A stretch of DNA of 64,000 nucleotides from Piromyces finnis finn. Its lineage: Eukaryota; Fungi; Neocallimastigomycota. The stretch is from assembly GCA_002104945.1 (NCBI GenBank), contig MCFH01000082.1:1-64000 (forward strand). Direction: 5' to 3'. The position numbers and the translations under genes are program-made. The notes beneath the pieces were generated by a model. The model had not been told where the DNA came from. It saw nothing but the letters and a program-made list of their open reading frames with translations, and ran no database searches. Shown one piece after another: positions 63,874 through 64,000 of the stretch (positions are counted from its first letter, which is position 1; each line of letters starts with the position of its first letter).

Positions 63874-64000
63874 GTGTAAGATTTTAATACAATCTTTCGA
63901 TGAACCATGAACCTTGACTAAGAAAAAGTGATCATTGAAAGTTTGAAAATATTTAACACTAATAACTGAATTAAATTTATCTTCTAGAATAACCTCGAGT

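Larger units (their letters stand above)
58778..64000 (-). mobile_element. Non-LTR retrotransposon (LINE), near-intact; 5' end beyond the window; clade unresolved (NYRGISL suggests RTE-related)
   Basis: APE motifs SWNTNG, FQET, GDFN, SDIDH, VSDH; RT motifs NYRGISL, DLRKAYDSV, GVRQGCPLSP, FADD; CPCC..HWLLDC finger; A25 tail (T run 58778-58802). Confidence 0.96.

Overview
Extremely AT-rich eukaryotic DNA, most plausibly an anaerobic gut fungus (Neocallimastigomycota; inferred from base composition, a dockerin-like relic and a DUF1703-type relic). No intact host housekeeping gene is visible. Family letters below (A-F, V-Z) are my own labels. 1-30.5 kb is a nest of Ty3/Gypsy chromoviruses: one intact 6.6-kb element with a 1454-aa Gag-Pol-chromodomain ORF, several decayed ones, and many solo LTRs with TG..CA ends and 5-bp TSDs, stacked up to seven layers deep. 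30.5-58.8 kb is rearranged segmental duplication carrying ankyrin-like genes or pseudogenes, a relic of a bacterial-type AAA-ATPase/PD-(D/E)XK nuclease gene, and LINE fragments. 58.8-64 kb is a nearly intact LINE (APE-RT-zinc finger). Main findings: (1) a ~540-bp tRNA(Ser)-headed, LINE-tailed, poly(A) SINE in three copies, the youngest inserted with a perfect 12-bp TSD into the LINE family whose 3' coding end it resembles; (2) a ~495-bp LTR family (W) inserted twice, apparently independently, 11-12 bp from the 5' terminus of related host LTRs; (3) Tf1-type self-priming signatures in three Gypsy families; (4) a covarying stem-loop with a conserved loop just before the PPT in two divergent families. 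All alignments were done by eye; boundaries marked approx may be off by tens of bases.
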